Origin: Candidatus Aminicenantes bacterium
GTDB taxonomy: Bacteria; Acidobacteriota; Aminicenantia; UBA2199
Length of the DNA: 64,000 bases
NCBI GenBank assembly: GCA_016934745.1
Contig: JAFGSF010000005.1
Span: 39,829 to 103,828, forward strand
Direction of reading: 5' to 3'
Both the position numbers and the translations under genes were made by a program. Below the pieces are notes generated by a model. It had not been told where the DNA came from and made no database searches. It saw only the letters and a program-made list of their open reading frames with translations. The stretch's first letter is position 1. Each line of letters opens with the position of its first letter. Positions 16,632 through 24,861 of the stretch are shown here, piece after piece.

Positions 16632-18880
16632 GATCGTTTCAGCTTTTTGTTATTATGGCGCGCTTCAGCGGCCATGGGCAGGCGGATAATGATTCTCGCT
16701 CCCTGTCCCGGCGCGCTTTGCACCGCAATGCGGCCACCGTGGGCGGCAACAACATGTTTGACCAAAAACAGCCCCAGGCCGCTGCCCTGGCTGGCACTTG
16801 TTTCGCCAGCTTCGATCCGAAAAAACTTGTTGAAGATGGCCTGATGGTATTCGGGGGCGATGCCCAGGCCACAATCAGCCACTTCCAGTATTGCCTCTCT
16901 GTTGTGGTTGTAAACCTTCAGTTCAATCTCTTTATGGCCAGATGAATAGGTGAGCGCGTTCTGGATCAGGTTGCCGATCACCATACGCAGGGCGCGGGTG
17001 TCAAAAGCGAACACCGGCATCTCTTCAGCTATTTCAGCCCGGCAGGTAAAACCATTTTCTTCAAGGAGCGGCAAGGCTTCGTTCCAGGCTTGCCAGGCAA
17101 TTTCGGGCAAAGATGCCGGCTGCAGACGGTAGGTTTTCTGCCCGGCTTCGATGCGCGAGAGATCGAGCAGATTGCCAATCAAATCGTTCATGCGATCCGC
17201 TTCGGCAATGATTCTGCCGGACTGGGCGACCCGCTGCGCATCGCTTTTCAGCCAGTTTAACTGCAGCTGCTCGGCCAGCATGCGCATGCGGGCCAAAGGG
17301 GTTTTCAAGGTATGGGCGGCACTGTCCAGGAAACGGTTTTTAAGTTCCAGCAATTCCATATCACGTCGCAAAGAACGAAAAAACAAGGCCATAGCCACAA
17401 ACAGGGTCAATAACAGCGAAGCGATCATTGCGTAATTAACCAGCGACTCTCTGCGAACTCGTGCCGCAAGATATCCGCTATATGGCGCCTTGACCGCCAG
17501 CACGTACCCGGGCAGCAGTTTCGCCAACGCCACCTGTGGCAAATTTTCTTTGCTCACAGCCGCTGCTTCGGCTCTGGTTATCAAAACCAGATCGGGACTC
17601 GTCTCCGGCCAATGCTGTTTTTTCAGGACTGGAAACAGCAGTTGTTGAATATGGGCCAAAGCGATTTGAAAACCGAAAAACATAGGTTTGGCAATGTTTT
17701 TTTCAATGGGCAACGGGACATAAGCCACACACAGCCCGGGTTTGCTGATGAACCCGACTGCGGTCTGGAGTTCTTTTCGCGGCTGCGGATCAGGGATTGA
17801 CAATGGCAGCTCTTTTTGCAATCTGGTATAAAAAAGTTTTTTCTGGTCATTGACCAGGTAAAACTCCTGAATCTGCTGCAGGCGTTTGAATTCAATCCCC
17901 TGCGGGCCGGCTACCGCCCCTTGCGAATCGAGTTCAGGTATATTGAAGAATTGCCAGCGCAAAGACATTTCCTGGGCCGGCACACCTTCCAGGTGTTCTT
18001 GCTGCAAGGCTTTGCTGAAGCGTTCCTGCAAGGAAGTCAACCGGGATTTTTGGCGATTGAGATAATCGATGGCTTCGTTTTTATAAAAATCGAGCAGCAG
18101 CGAGTTACTGGCTGCTTGCAGGGCCAGAATATCCTCGTAGATTCCCAAATAACAGTCAGCAGCCGCATCAATGATGCCCATGCGCTCATAGGTCAGGGCC
18201 AGCAATTGCCGGACTTGCAGCTGCTGGTAGCGGTCTTGATCGTCGCTCAATCCCCGGCCAGTGACAGCCTCACGCAGATACTGAAGTGCCTGTTGATATT
18301 TGCCCCATTTAAAGTAACACCGCCCGATAGCCATAAAAAATACATTTTGCTCACGCCTGGCAATTGTTTTTTTTTCAGCTGCCAGGTATGTTTTAATTGC
18401 CGCCAGCCAGTCGCGTTTCTCCAATTCCAAATTTTCCCCTGCCTGGAATTGGCGTTTCAGGTCATCGGTGCTGAAAGCAGAGAACTCGAGCTGTGCAGGC
18501 AAAGAGATCATCGGCCGGGTGAAAGGAAAAAGATATTCGCGATTGGCCGTGATCACAAACGGGTAAGTGACAATGGGGTGCGCGGCCAGCAGGTTTTTGA
18601 GCCTTTGCTGAATCAGCAAAGGACGGCCTGGAGCTAGTGGTTCCTTGGCAAGTGCAGCAAAGACGACCTCGATGGAATGATCAATTGATTTTTCCAGGCC
18701 AACAGCGATCAACTCCAGCTGCCTTTGCCATTGTTCATCCAATTGAATAGCGCGCGCCTGCTTCTGACGGGACACCGATCCGATGCCGATAATACTGATC
18801 AGCAGACCAGGGATGACCAGGCTCAGTCCCAACAGGATCATTTTGCCCTTAGAAGAAGTCCTCGGTCCCGTTTTCCTCAT
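16628..18880 (-). CDS. Sensor histidine kinase with TPR-like extracytoplasmic domain
   Basis: Two TM helices flank a helical TPR-like region; HisKA (HTLKTPL) and HATPase (NAL, DCGLG, GSGLGL). ATGA overlap with the regulator. Confidence 0.9.
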   Translation of the reverse strand: MRKTGPRTSSKGKMILLGLSLVIPGLLISIIGIGSVSRQKQARAIQLDEQWQRQLELIAVGLEKSIDHSIEVVFAALAKEPLAPGRPLLIQQRLKNLLAAHPIVTYPFVITANREYLFPFTRPMISLPAQLEFSAFSTDDLKRQFQAGENLELEKRDWLAAIKTYLAAEKKTIARREQNVFFMAIGRCYFKWGKYQQALQYLREAVTGRGLSDDQDRYQQLQVRQLLALTYERMGIIDAAADCYLGIYEDILALQAASNSLLLDFYKNEAIDYLNRQKSRLTSLQERFSKALQQEHLEGVPAQEMSLRWQFFNIPELDSQGAVAGPQGIEFKRLQQIQEFYLVNDQKKLFYTRLQKELPLSIPDPQPRKELQTAVGFISKPGLCVAYVPLPIEKNIAKPMFFGFQIALAHIQQLLFPVLKKQHWPETSPDLVLITRAEAAAVSKENLPQVALAKLLPGYVLAVKAPYSGYLAARVRRESLVNYAMIASLLLTLFVAMALFFRSLRRDMELLELKNRFLDSAAHTLKTPLARMRMLAEQLQLNWLKSDAQRVAQSGRIIAEADRMNDLIGNLLDLSRIEAGQKTYRLQPASLPEIAWQAWNEALPLLEENGFTCRAEIAEEMPVFAFDTRALRMVIGNLIQNALTYSSGHKEIELKVYNHNREAILEVADCGLGIAPEYHQAIFNKFFRIEAGETSASQGSGLGLFLVKHVVAAHGGRIAVQSAPGQGARIIIRLPMAAEARHNNKKLKRS

Positions 18881-18886
18881 ATTGAG

Positions 18887-18895
18887 ATTGTAGCA
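18887..18895 (-). promoter_or_regulatory. Extended -10 TGcTACAAT, leaderless
   Basis: 6 nt to ATG 18880; no SD. Confidence 0.55.
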
Positions 18896-18977
18896 TGCGT
18901 CCTGGCCGTTGGCCAGCGCTCAAATCCTCCAGCCTTATTGCCTAGGTGGGCCAGCATTTCAGGCGCTAATTCTGCCC

Positions 18978-20777
18978 CTAGCGGCCCTTCGGGGCGGCGA
19001 TATCGAGCCAGGAGAACCAGATCGGGTGATGCTGCTTATACCAGCGTAGTATCTTCAGCAGCTTGACCTGGGAAGCGGCGGGAATTACCTCGGGGGGAAT
19101 GCGGTCGAAGTGGACGCGGATGTGGTCTTGTTGGGGGAACTCCAGCGCCTCCGAGCACAGGGTTTGCAGCTCGTTGCGGATGCGCCCTGAGTCGGAAATG
19201 CGTACCGGGCGGTGTTCGTAATCCTCGCCGCCCATGAAGCGGTTGAGTAGCGGGTTGAAAACCAGCCAGCTCTGTTCCAGGGTCTCCCCCAATCGCAGGG
19301 TGAAGGTGATTCGCTTGTCACCGCGTGAGCCGGCCAGCCGTACCGTCACCCGGTAGCGTCCCGGTCCGATCTCTTCGACTCCCGGTGCACCGGAATATGG
19401 ATCGGGACACATGTAGCCTGACACGGCCAGCACATCCCACTTCTTTTCGGGGAAAAAATCTCCGGCCTCGACCGAAGATTTGTGTACCGGGATGCCGGCC
19501 TGGCGGGCATCCTCAATCATGGCCCGGAAACGGGCAACGGTAGCGGCGTCGCTCTTCCGGCCGAGTACTTGTTGCAAACGGGCCGGGAAATCCTCCGTGT
19601 CAGGATTTAGTCCCATCACCTGCCGTTCGCGGTGATAGGGAACCTCGAATGTCGAAGTGAAAGGGCAGATGTAGGCGACCAGGTCGAGCATCGGGGCCAG
19701 GCTGGCAGCCTGGATAGCCTCAGCCGAGGCGGCGTAGCCGTCACATAGGAAAAGATGGCGCGCCCCACCCTGCATATACGTGCCGATATAGTAAGTCGGA
19801 GCATAAGTGCCCGATTCAGTGAAGGCAGGGATATCGGTCGGCAGGGGGAAATTGTCCTCGACAATGTGCGCTCCGAGATCGGACCATTCCTTCCACAGCT
19901 CGCCGATCCTCATTTCACGGCTCTTTCCGCCCAGAGTCCAGATGTGGACGTGTTCCGGAACGATATCGGGATAAGTTTGGCGAATGGCCTGCATCACCAG
20001 TGCCCGCGGTGTACGAAACGAAAGGAGAATCGACTCTTCAGCGGCGCGATCAGCCACGGCCCGCGGCAGAAAGAGGTTACCCATATAGCCTTCGTAAGGG
20101 CGGGTGATCGCCAACGGTTGGTCGAACAGGTGCAGGACGGTCATGGGCCCGGTTTCGGCTCCCTTGGAAAACCGCGAGGTGTTCTCCAGCGTGTCGATTG
20201 CCGCTCCCCAGATAGTAATTCCGGCTGATTTGATATCGCGATAAAACTCTTCCCAGCCATAGTCCTTGTGGTTAAGCAGTTGCACTACTTTACGGTCAAG
20301 CCAGTGTGCCACCGCCGGCCTGGCATAAACCCGGCCGAAACCAAGCTGGGGATTGGATCCCATTTCAGGTGTTTCGCCAGCCTTGGGCATCAGCCCCTCC
20401 CCGACACAGACCATGATGGCATGGTTCTCCGGGAGTTGCCGGGACATGTACCATAAACTTTCACTCATGGCGTAAGCCGAAATGGCATCCGCTTCCTTCT
20501 TGGCCTGATTGAGTCCTGATTTATCCAGTCCCTTACCGGCACCATAACGTCCGAACAAGCGAGTGCCCAGTGCCGTTACCGCGCCGGTGACGGCGAACAG
20601 GCGCTCCAGGCTGCCATCCATGAAAGAGATATCTTTGGTGAATTCCTTGGCCGGTTTGCCGCGTACCCAAGTAATTTCGACATTTTCAAGCCAGATGTGG
20701 AAGCGGCCGAGGATTGGTCGGGCGTCAAAAGCCCACTGGGCGATCAGATCTCGGGTCTCCTGGTCAGAAGCATTCAT
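18978..20777 (-). CDS. Divergent GlpX-like (class II FBPase superfamily) protein
   Basis: KEAD, VGEG, AIDTLENT, YMGNL and SAEA are colinear with GlpX motifs; AAGGAGG SD. Confidence 0.6.
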   Translation of the reverse strand: MNASDQETRDLIAQWAFDARPILGRFHIWLENVEITWVRGKPAKEFTKDISFMDGSLERLFAVTGAVTALGTRLFGRYGAGKGLDKSGLNQAKKEADAISAYAMSESLWYMSRQLPENHAIMVCVGEGLMPKAGETPEMGSNPQLGFGRVYARPAVAHWLDRKVVQLLNHKDYGWEEFYRDIKSAGITIWGAAIDTLENTSRFSKGAETGPMTVLHLFDQPLAITRPYEGYMGNLFLPRAVADRAAEESILLSFRTPRALVMQAIRQTYPDIVPEHVHIWTLGGKSREMRIGELWKEWSDLGAHIVEDNFPLPTDIPAFTESGTYAPTYYIGTYMQGGARHLFLCDGYAASAEAIQAASLAPMLDLVAYICPFTSTFEVPYHRERQVMGLNPDTEDFPARLQQVLGRKSDAATVARFRAMIEDARQAGIPVHKSSVEAGDFFPEKKWDVLAVSGYMCPDPYSGAPGVEEIGPGRYRVTVRLAGSRGDKRITFTLRLGETLEQSWLVFNPLLNRFMGGEDYEHRPVRISDSGRIRNELQTLCSEALEFPQQDHIRVHFDRIPPEVIPAASQVKLLKILRWYKQHHPIWFSWLDIAAPKGR

Positions 20778-20846
20778 GGCAACCTCCTTGGCAATAAGCG
20801 CCGTTGAGTCCGCGACGAGGCTGTGTGCGGCCGCAGACGGATTTTC

Positions 20847-20875
20847 ATTGTAGGCAAACTGTAAAATAAAATCAA
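20847..20875 (-). promoter_or_regulatory. Promoter TTGATT-17-TACAAT
   Basis: Canonical spacing upstream of the GlpX-like gene. Confidence 0.6.
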
Positions 20876-20946
20876 GATGTGCTCTTTCCGGAGTGCCGAG
20901 GGTGTGATTTTGTCATCGATGCAGTTCATTGATTCCAGGCCACCGA

Positions 20947-20975
20947 TTGCGCCGACTTGGCATTTCTTTTAAAAT
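20947..20975 (+). promoter_or_regulatory. Promoter TTGCGC-17-TAAAAT, leaderless
   Basis: 7 nt to ATG 20983; no SD. Confidence 0.55.
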
Positions 20976-20982
20976 ATGTTCA

Positions 20983-22005
20983 ATGAACTGGTTGTTAAAA
21001 CTCTTCTTCTCATTCAGGTTGCGCGGACGCGCCTTGCTGAAAAAAGCATTGGCGGGACCTGACGCCGTCCCCGGTCCGCTTTGTTTAAGCAGAGACAAGG
21101 TCCGGCTGCCTTTTATCAATGGATTGAACTTACCCTGGCTCAGTTACGGTGGTGATTTCGGCGCCAATGGCTGGAAGCCGCTGGGCGGAGTGGGAAAAGG
21201 GGCGAACCGGGAGGCAATGCAACGAATATTCCGAAAGCTGCATGATCGGGGCATCCGCACCATCCGTTGGTTCCTGTTATGCGACGGCCGGGCCGGCATT
21301 CGTTTCACCCGGGCTGGGACTCCCCTTGGGCCTGACCAACACCTGTTCGTCGACATGGACGCCGCCCTGGAGGTTGCAGCAGCCTGTGAGTTGAGCATTA
21401 TTTTTGTTCTGCTCGATTTCCTGTGGTTTGGCAAAGCCGCCCTGGTCAACGGCGTCCAGGTCCGGGGCCGAGCCGGCGTCATCAGTGGCGCCTACAAACA
21501 AAGGGCCCTGCGCCGACGGGTACTGAAGCCACTATTCAAGCGTTATGGTCATTCTCCGGTCATCCTGGCCTGGGACATCGTCAACGAGCCCGAATGGGTT
21601 ACCCTGGGTTTTGGCGACTCGTCCGATACCGCCGTCCCCTACCTGACCATGCGCCGCTTCATAACAAAAACCGCGCGCTTGGTCCAGCGCCATACCCGGC
21701 AGCTGGCCACGGTGGGATTGGCCAACACCGCCGGCCTGACCCTGGTCAGGGACAGCGGGTTGGACTTTTACCAGGTGCATTGGTATGACCGTTGGGATGC
21801 ACAATCTCCCTTGGACAAGCCGGTGCCGGAATGGAATCTCGATCGTCCCCTGCTCCTCGGCGAATACCCAACCAAAAATTCAGCCCGCTCACCCGATGCC
21901 ATCATCGCCAGCGCAAAAAACAGCGGTTATTGCGGCGCACTGGCCTGGTCGTTTCTGGGCTCGGACCATGTCTCGGGTATCAATCGGCCCGGTGAAGAGA
22001 CCTGA
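20983..22005 (+). CDS. Glycoside hydrolase family 5 (beta-mannanase-like)
   Basis: NLPWLSYGGDFG, WDIVNEPEW (acid/base), DFYQVHWY, LGEYP (nucleophile), ALAWS. Confidence 0.8.
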   Translation: MNWLLKLFFSFRLRGRALLKKALAGPDAVPGPLCLSRDKVRLPFINGLNLPWLSYGGDFGANGWKPLGGVGKGANREAMQRIFRKLHDRGIRTIRWFLLCDGRAGIRFTRAGTPLGPDQHLFVDMDAALEVAAACELSIIFVLLDFLWFGKAALVNGVQVRGRAGVISGAYKQRALRRRVLKPLFKRYGHSPVILAWDIVNEPEWVTLGFGDSSDTAVPYLTMRRFITKTARLVQRHTRQLATVGLANTAGLTLVRDSGLDFYQVHWYDRWDAQSPLDKPVPEWNLDRPLLLGEYPTKNSARSPDAIIASAKNSGYCGALAWSFLGSDHVSGINRPGEET

Positions 22006-22069
22006 TTCCTGATTCTGCCTCAGAAATATTCCATGTCTGAGAAGCCCGGTGGAAAAACCACCATTTGTA

Positions 22070-22098
22070 TTGCTTTTTTTCGCCATGCGGGGTAAAAT
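22070..22098 (+). promoter_or_regulatory. serC promoter TTGCTT-17-TAAAAT
   Basis: Canonical spacing, followed by AGGAGG SD. Confidence 0.55.
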
Positions 22099-22130
22099 TT
22101 ATCTTTAATAAAATCAGGAGGATTCCAGAT

Positions 22131-23207
22131 ATGGCTAAAAAGTATAATTTTTTTGCCGGGCCGGCGATCCTGCCCCAAGAGGTCATGAAAAAAGCGCAGG
22201 CCGAGCTGCTCGATTTCAACGGCATCGGTCTGTCGATCATGGAGATCAGCCACCGCTCCAAGGATTTCGAAGCCGTCATCAATGGGGCCGAAACCAAGAT
22301 CCGCACCTTGCTCGGCGTACCGGAAAACTTCTCCGTCATGTTTCTGCAGGGCGGTGCCAGCCTGCAGTTCGGCATGATTCCCATGAACCTGCTCATCGGC
22401 AAAAAGGCCGATTATGTCAACACCGGTGCCTGGGCCAAGAAGGCCATCAAGGAAGCCAAGCTTTTCGGCATGGTCAATGTCGCCGCCTCCTCCGAGGACA
22501 AAAATTTCAGCTATATCCCGGAAACATTCAATTTTACGGCCGACGCTCAGTATGTGCACATCACCTCCAATGAAACCATCGGCGGCGTCCAGTGGATGAA
22601 CTTTCCTGAAACCAACAGCGTGCCGCTGATCATCGACATGTCGTCGGATATCTTCAGCCGAAAAATCGATTTCAAGAACATCGGCATGATCTATGCCGGG
22701 GCGCAGAAAAATATCGGCCCGGCCGGGGCGACCCTGGTCATCATGCGCAACGATTTGGTCGAAGCCTGTGCCGACGGCCTGACCACCATGCTCAGCTACA
22801 AAACACACGCCAAAGAAAAATCCATGTACAACACCCCACCATGCTTTATCATATATATCATCAAGCTGGTCATGGAATGGATTGAAAGCCATGGCGGTTT
22901 GGCGGGCATTGAAAAAATCAACAACGAAAAAGCCAAGACTCTATATGACGCTATTGATGGCAGTAATGGCTACTTCAAAGGCACAGCCGCCCTTAAAGAT
23001 CGCTCCAAGATGAATGTCACTTTCCGTCTCCCCAGCGAGGAACTTGAGGAAAAATTCATCAATGAAGCCAAGAAAGCCGGATTCATCGGCTTGAAAGGCC
23101 ATCGCAGCGTCGGCGGCTGCCGGGCTTCCCTGTATAACGCCATGTCACTGGAAGGGGTGAGTGAACTGACTCAATTCATGAAAAAATTCGCCGCGGAAAA
23201 CAAGTAA
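22131..23207 (+). CDS. serC: Phosphoserine aminotransferase
   Basis: NFFAGPA, EISHRS, GGASLQF, DMSSD, AGAQKNIGPAG, NTPP, GHRSVGG. Confidence 0.97.
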   Translation: MAKKYNFFAGPAILPQEVMKKAQAELLDFNGIGLSIMEISHRSKDFEAVINGAETKIRTLLGVPENFSVMFLQGGASLQFGMIPMNLLIGKKADYVNTGAWAKKAIKEAKLFGMVNVAASSEDKNFSYIPETFNFTADAQYVHITSNETIGGVQWMNFPETNSVPLIIDMSSDIFSRKIDFKNIGMIYAGAQKNIGPAGATLVIMRNDLVEACADGLTTMLSYKTHAKEKSMYNTPPCFIIYIIKLVMEWIESHGGLAGIEKINNEKAKTLYDAIDGSNGYFKGTAALKDRSKMNVTFRLPSEELEEKFINEAKKAGFIGLKGHRSVGGCRASLYNAMSLEGVSELTQFMKKFAAENK

Positions 23208-23229
23208 TCCCTGCAGTTTTAATATCATT

Positions 23230-23269
23230 AAAAAAACCGGCAAAATACCCATTGGGGCGTGGTTTTTTT
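23230..23269 (+). terminator. Possible intrinsic terminator after serC
   Basis: AAAAAAACC...GGTTTTTTT enclosing an imperfect GC stem. Confidence 0.4.
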
Positions 23270-23278
23270 CTTAACAAG

Positions 23279-23307
23279 TTGACAGCAGCGCAAAAATCTG
23301 CTAACCT
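23279..23307 (+). promoter_or_regulatory. Promoter TTGACA-17-TAACCT with extended TG
   Basis: Perfect -35 and canonical spacing; precedes SD AAGGGAGGT. Confidence 0.7.
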
Positions 23308-23338
23308 ATTCTCCTACAAAGAAAAGGGAGGTGCTTGA

Positions 23339-23440
23339 TTGTCCCTGCAAGCGAATGTTTTACTAATCCATGCTTCAAGCTCCGCCGCCGTACCCTGCCA
23401 ATCTACGATTTTAGGAAAGGCTAAACAAAAACGGCCATGA
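23339..23440 (+). CDS. Putative 33-aa leader peptide (MSLQANVLLIHASSSAAVPCQSTILGKAKQKRP)
   Basis: TTG 7 nt after GGAGG; its TGA overlaps the ATG at 23437 (ATGA). Confidence 0.45.
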   Translation: MSLQANVLLIHASSSAAVPCQSTILGKAKQKRP

Positions 23441-23817
23441 TTAAAATCCTGATTACCGAGGAACTTGGTTCCGCAACCCTTGATAAACTCAATGAAATCC
23501 CGGAATTTGAAATCATAGAAAATACGACCTTGATCCCTGAAAATATCACCAGCGAAATAAAAAATATCGACGCCGGGATCATCAACGCCCTGAGCCCACT
23601 GCTCCCAGCCATTCTGGCAAGCGCCACTGGCTTGAAGATCATCATCTTGACCGGAGGTGAACCGAATCATATGGATACCGAGATGGCCAAGCAAAAAAAT
23701 ATCGAAATCCGCTGCATCCCGCCGGTTCAGGGCACACTCCCTTCACCGGCTGTGGAAAATCAAGAGCGCAAGGAGTTGGCTGTGATCGCTGTTTTAAAAG
23801 ATTTCTTCAATGTGTAA
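23437..23817 (+). CDS. Mini SerA-like protein (D-2-hydroxyacid dehydrogenase substrate-binding domain only)
   Basis: KILITE, DAGII, ATGLKII and NHMDTEMAKQKNIEI resemble the SerA N-domain; terminal ENQERK...LKDFF resembles the SerA EAQERV helix. Confidence 0.7.
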   Translation: MIKILITEELGSATLDKLNEIPEFEIIENTTLIPENITSEIKNIDAGIINALSPLLPAILASATGLKIIILTGGEPNHMDTEMAKQKNIEIRCIPPVQGTLPSPAVENQERKELAVIAVLKDFFNV

Positions 23818-23820
23818 ATC

Positions 23821-24624
23821 ATGACAACCATCATCGGCAATAAACTCAATTCGGCCAACAAGAAAATCCTGGACCGCATGAACAAAATGGACTTCGATTT
23901 CATAAAAAAAGAAGCCCTTTCCCAGATTGAATTGGGAGCTGAATATATTGAAGTCAATGCCCTCTCCCTGCTGCACAATGAAACTCCCTTCCTGCGCAAG
24001 GTCATTCCCATGCTGGAGAAGCTGGGCTCGAAACTGATGATCGTCAGCGAAAACGTTGAAGCCCTGAAAGAAGCCCTATTGATTTCCAAGAACCCGATGA
24101 TCATCGGCGCCGTTGAATATGATATCGAAAAAATTGATTTTTTAATTGACACGGTTAAAGAGAAAAACGCTAAAATTATCGCCCTGATCAAGGATAAAAC
24201 CAATAGTCATCACTCCACGCCTGAAAAATCGCTGCTGATCGCCCAAAAATACATTGACTACTTGCTGGACCTGGGCATGAAAAGACAGGATATCCTTCTG
24301 GACCCGCAGGTGAAGCCCCTGGAGGAAGATTTCAACAATGGCAAGGTTTTCCTGGACAAATTGGAACTGTTCAAACTTGATTTCCCCCAGGTAAAGACCA
24401 TGGCCAATGTATCGCAACTTTCTGAAGGCCTGCCCAAACGCCAGGTTCTGGCATCTTATTTTGTTTCCCTGGCCATTTCCAAGGGCCTGGATTATATCGT
24501 CACGAATATTCTCGATGAGGACTTTTATGAATCCATCGTGACCACCATGTCCATTATGGGGAAAGATAAAAATTTACAGGCCTATTTGAAGTATTGTCGC
24601 AATCATAAAGAATCCAAGTCATAA
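23821..24624 (+). CDS. Pterin-binding TIM-barrel protein, AcsE/MeTr-like (degenerate)
   Basis: IIGNKLN, QIELGAEYIEVN, ILLDP, SEGLPKR, GLDYI are colinear with methyltetrahydrofolate:corrinoid methyltransferase; similar length. Confidence 0.75.
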   Translation: MTTIIGNKLNSANKKILDRMNKMDFDFIKKEALSQIELGAEYIEVNALSLLHNETPFLRKVIPMLEKLGSKLMIVSENVEALKEALLISKNPMIIGAVEYDIEKIDFLIDTVKEKNAKIIALIKDKTNSHHSTPEKSLLIAQKYIDYLLDLGMKRQDILLDPQVKPLEEDFNNGKVFLDKLELFKLDFPQVKTMANVSQLSEGLPKRQVLASYFVSLAISKGLDYIVTNILDEDFYESIVTTMSIMGKDKNLQAYLKYCRNHKESKS

Positions 24625-24634
24625 GGAATCCTCA

Positions 24635-24859
24635 ATGGATGATCATAAAATAAAAGAAATCCTGATTGAAAAGAATAGCGCTTTCAAAAAACTTTTTCTG
24701 GAACACCAGGAGCTTGAAGAAAAACTGCAAACTCATATTCAGAACAAATTCAAGAATGATGATGATCGCCTGGAAGAAAAAAACATAAAAAAGAAAAAAC
24801 TCAAATTGAAAGATGCCATGCAAAAACATATCTGCGAGTTCAAAAAGAAATTGAATTAA
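24635..24859 (+). CDS. DUF465/YdcH family protein
   Basis: FKKLFLEHQELE...KKKKLKLKD. Confidence 0.8.
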   Translation: MDDHKIKEILIEKNSAFKKLFLEHQELEEKLQTHIQNKFKNDDDRLEEKNIKKKKLKLKDAMQKHICEFKKKLN

Positions 24860-24861
24860 AA

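Noticed and set aside
22020..22892. 290-aa antisense ORF
   Set aside because: Mirror frame of serC.
23335..23424. Alternative 29-aa uORF from TTG 23335
   Set aside because: Only 3 nt from GGAGG and not coupled to the next gene.
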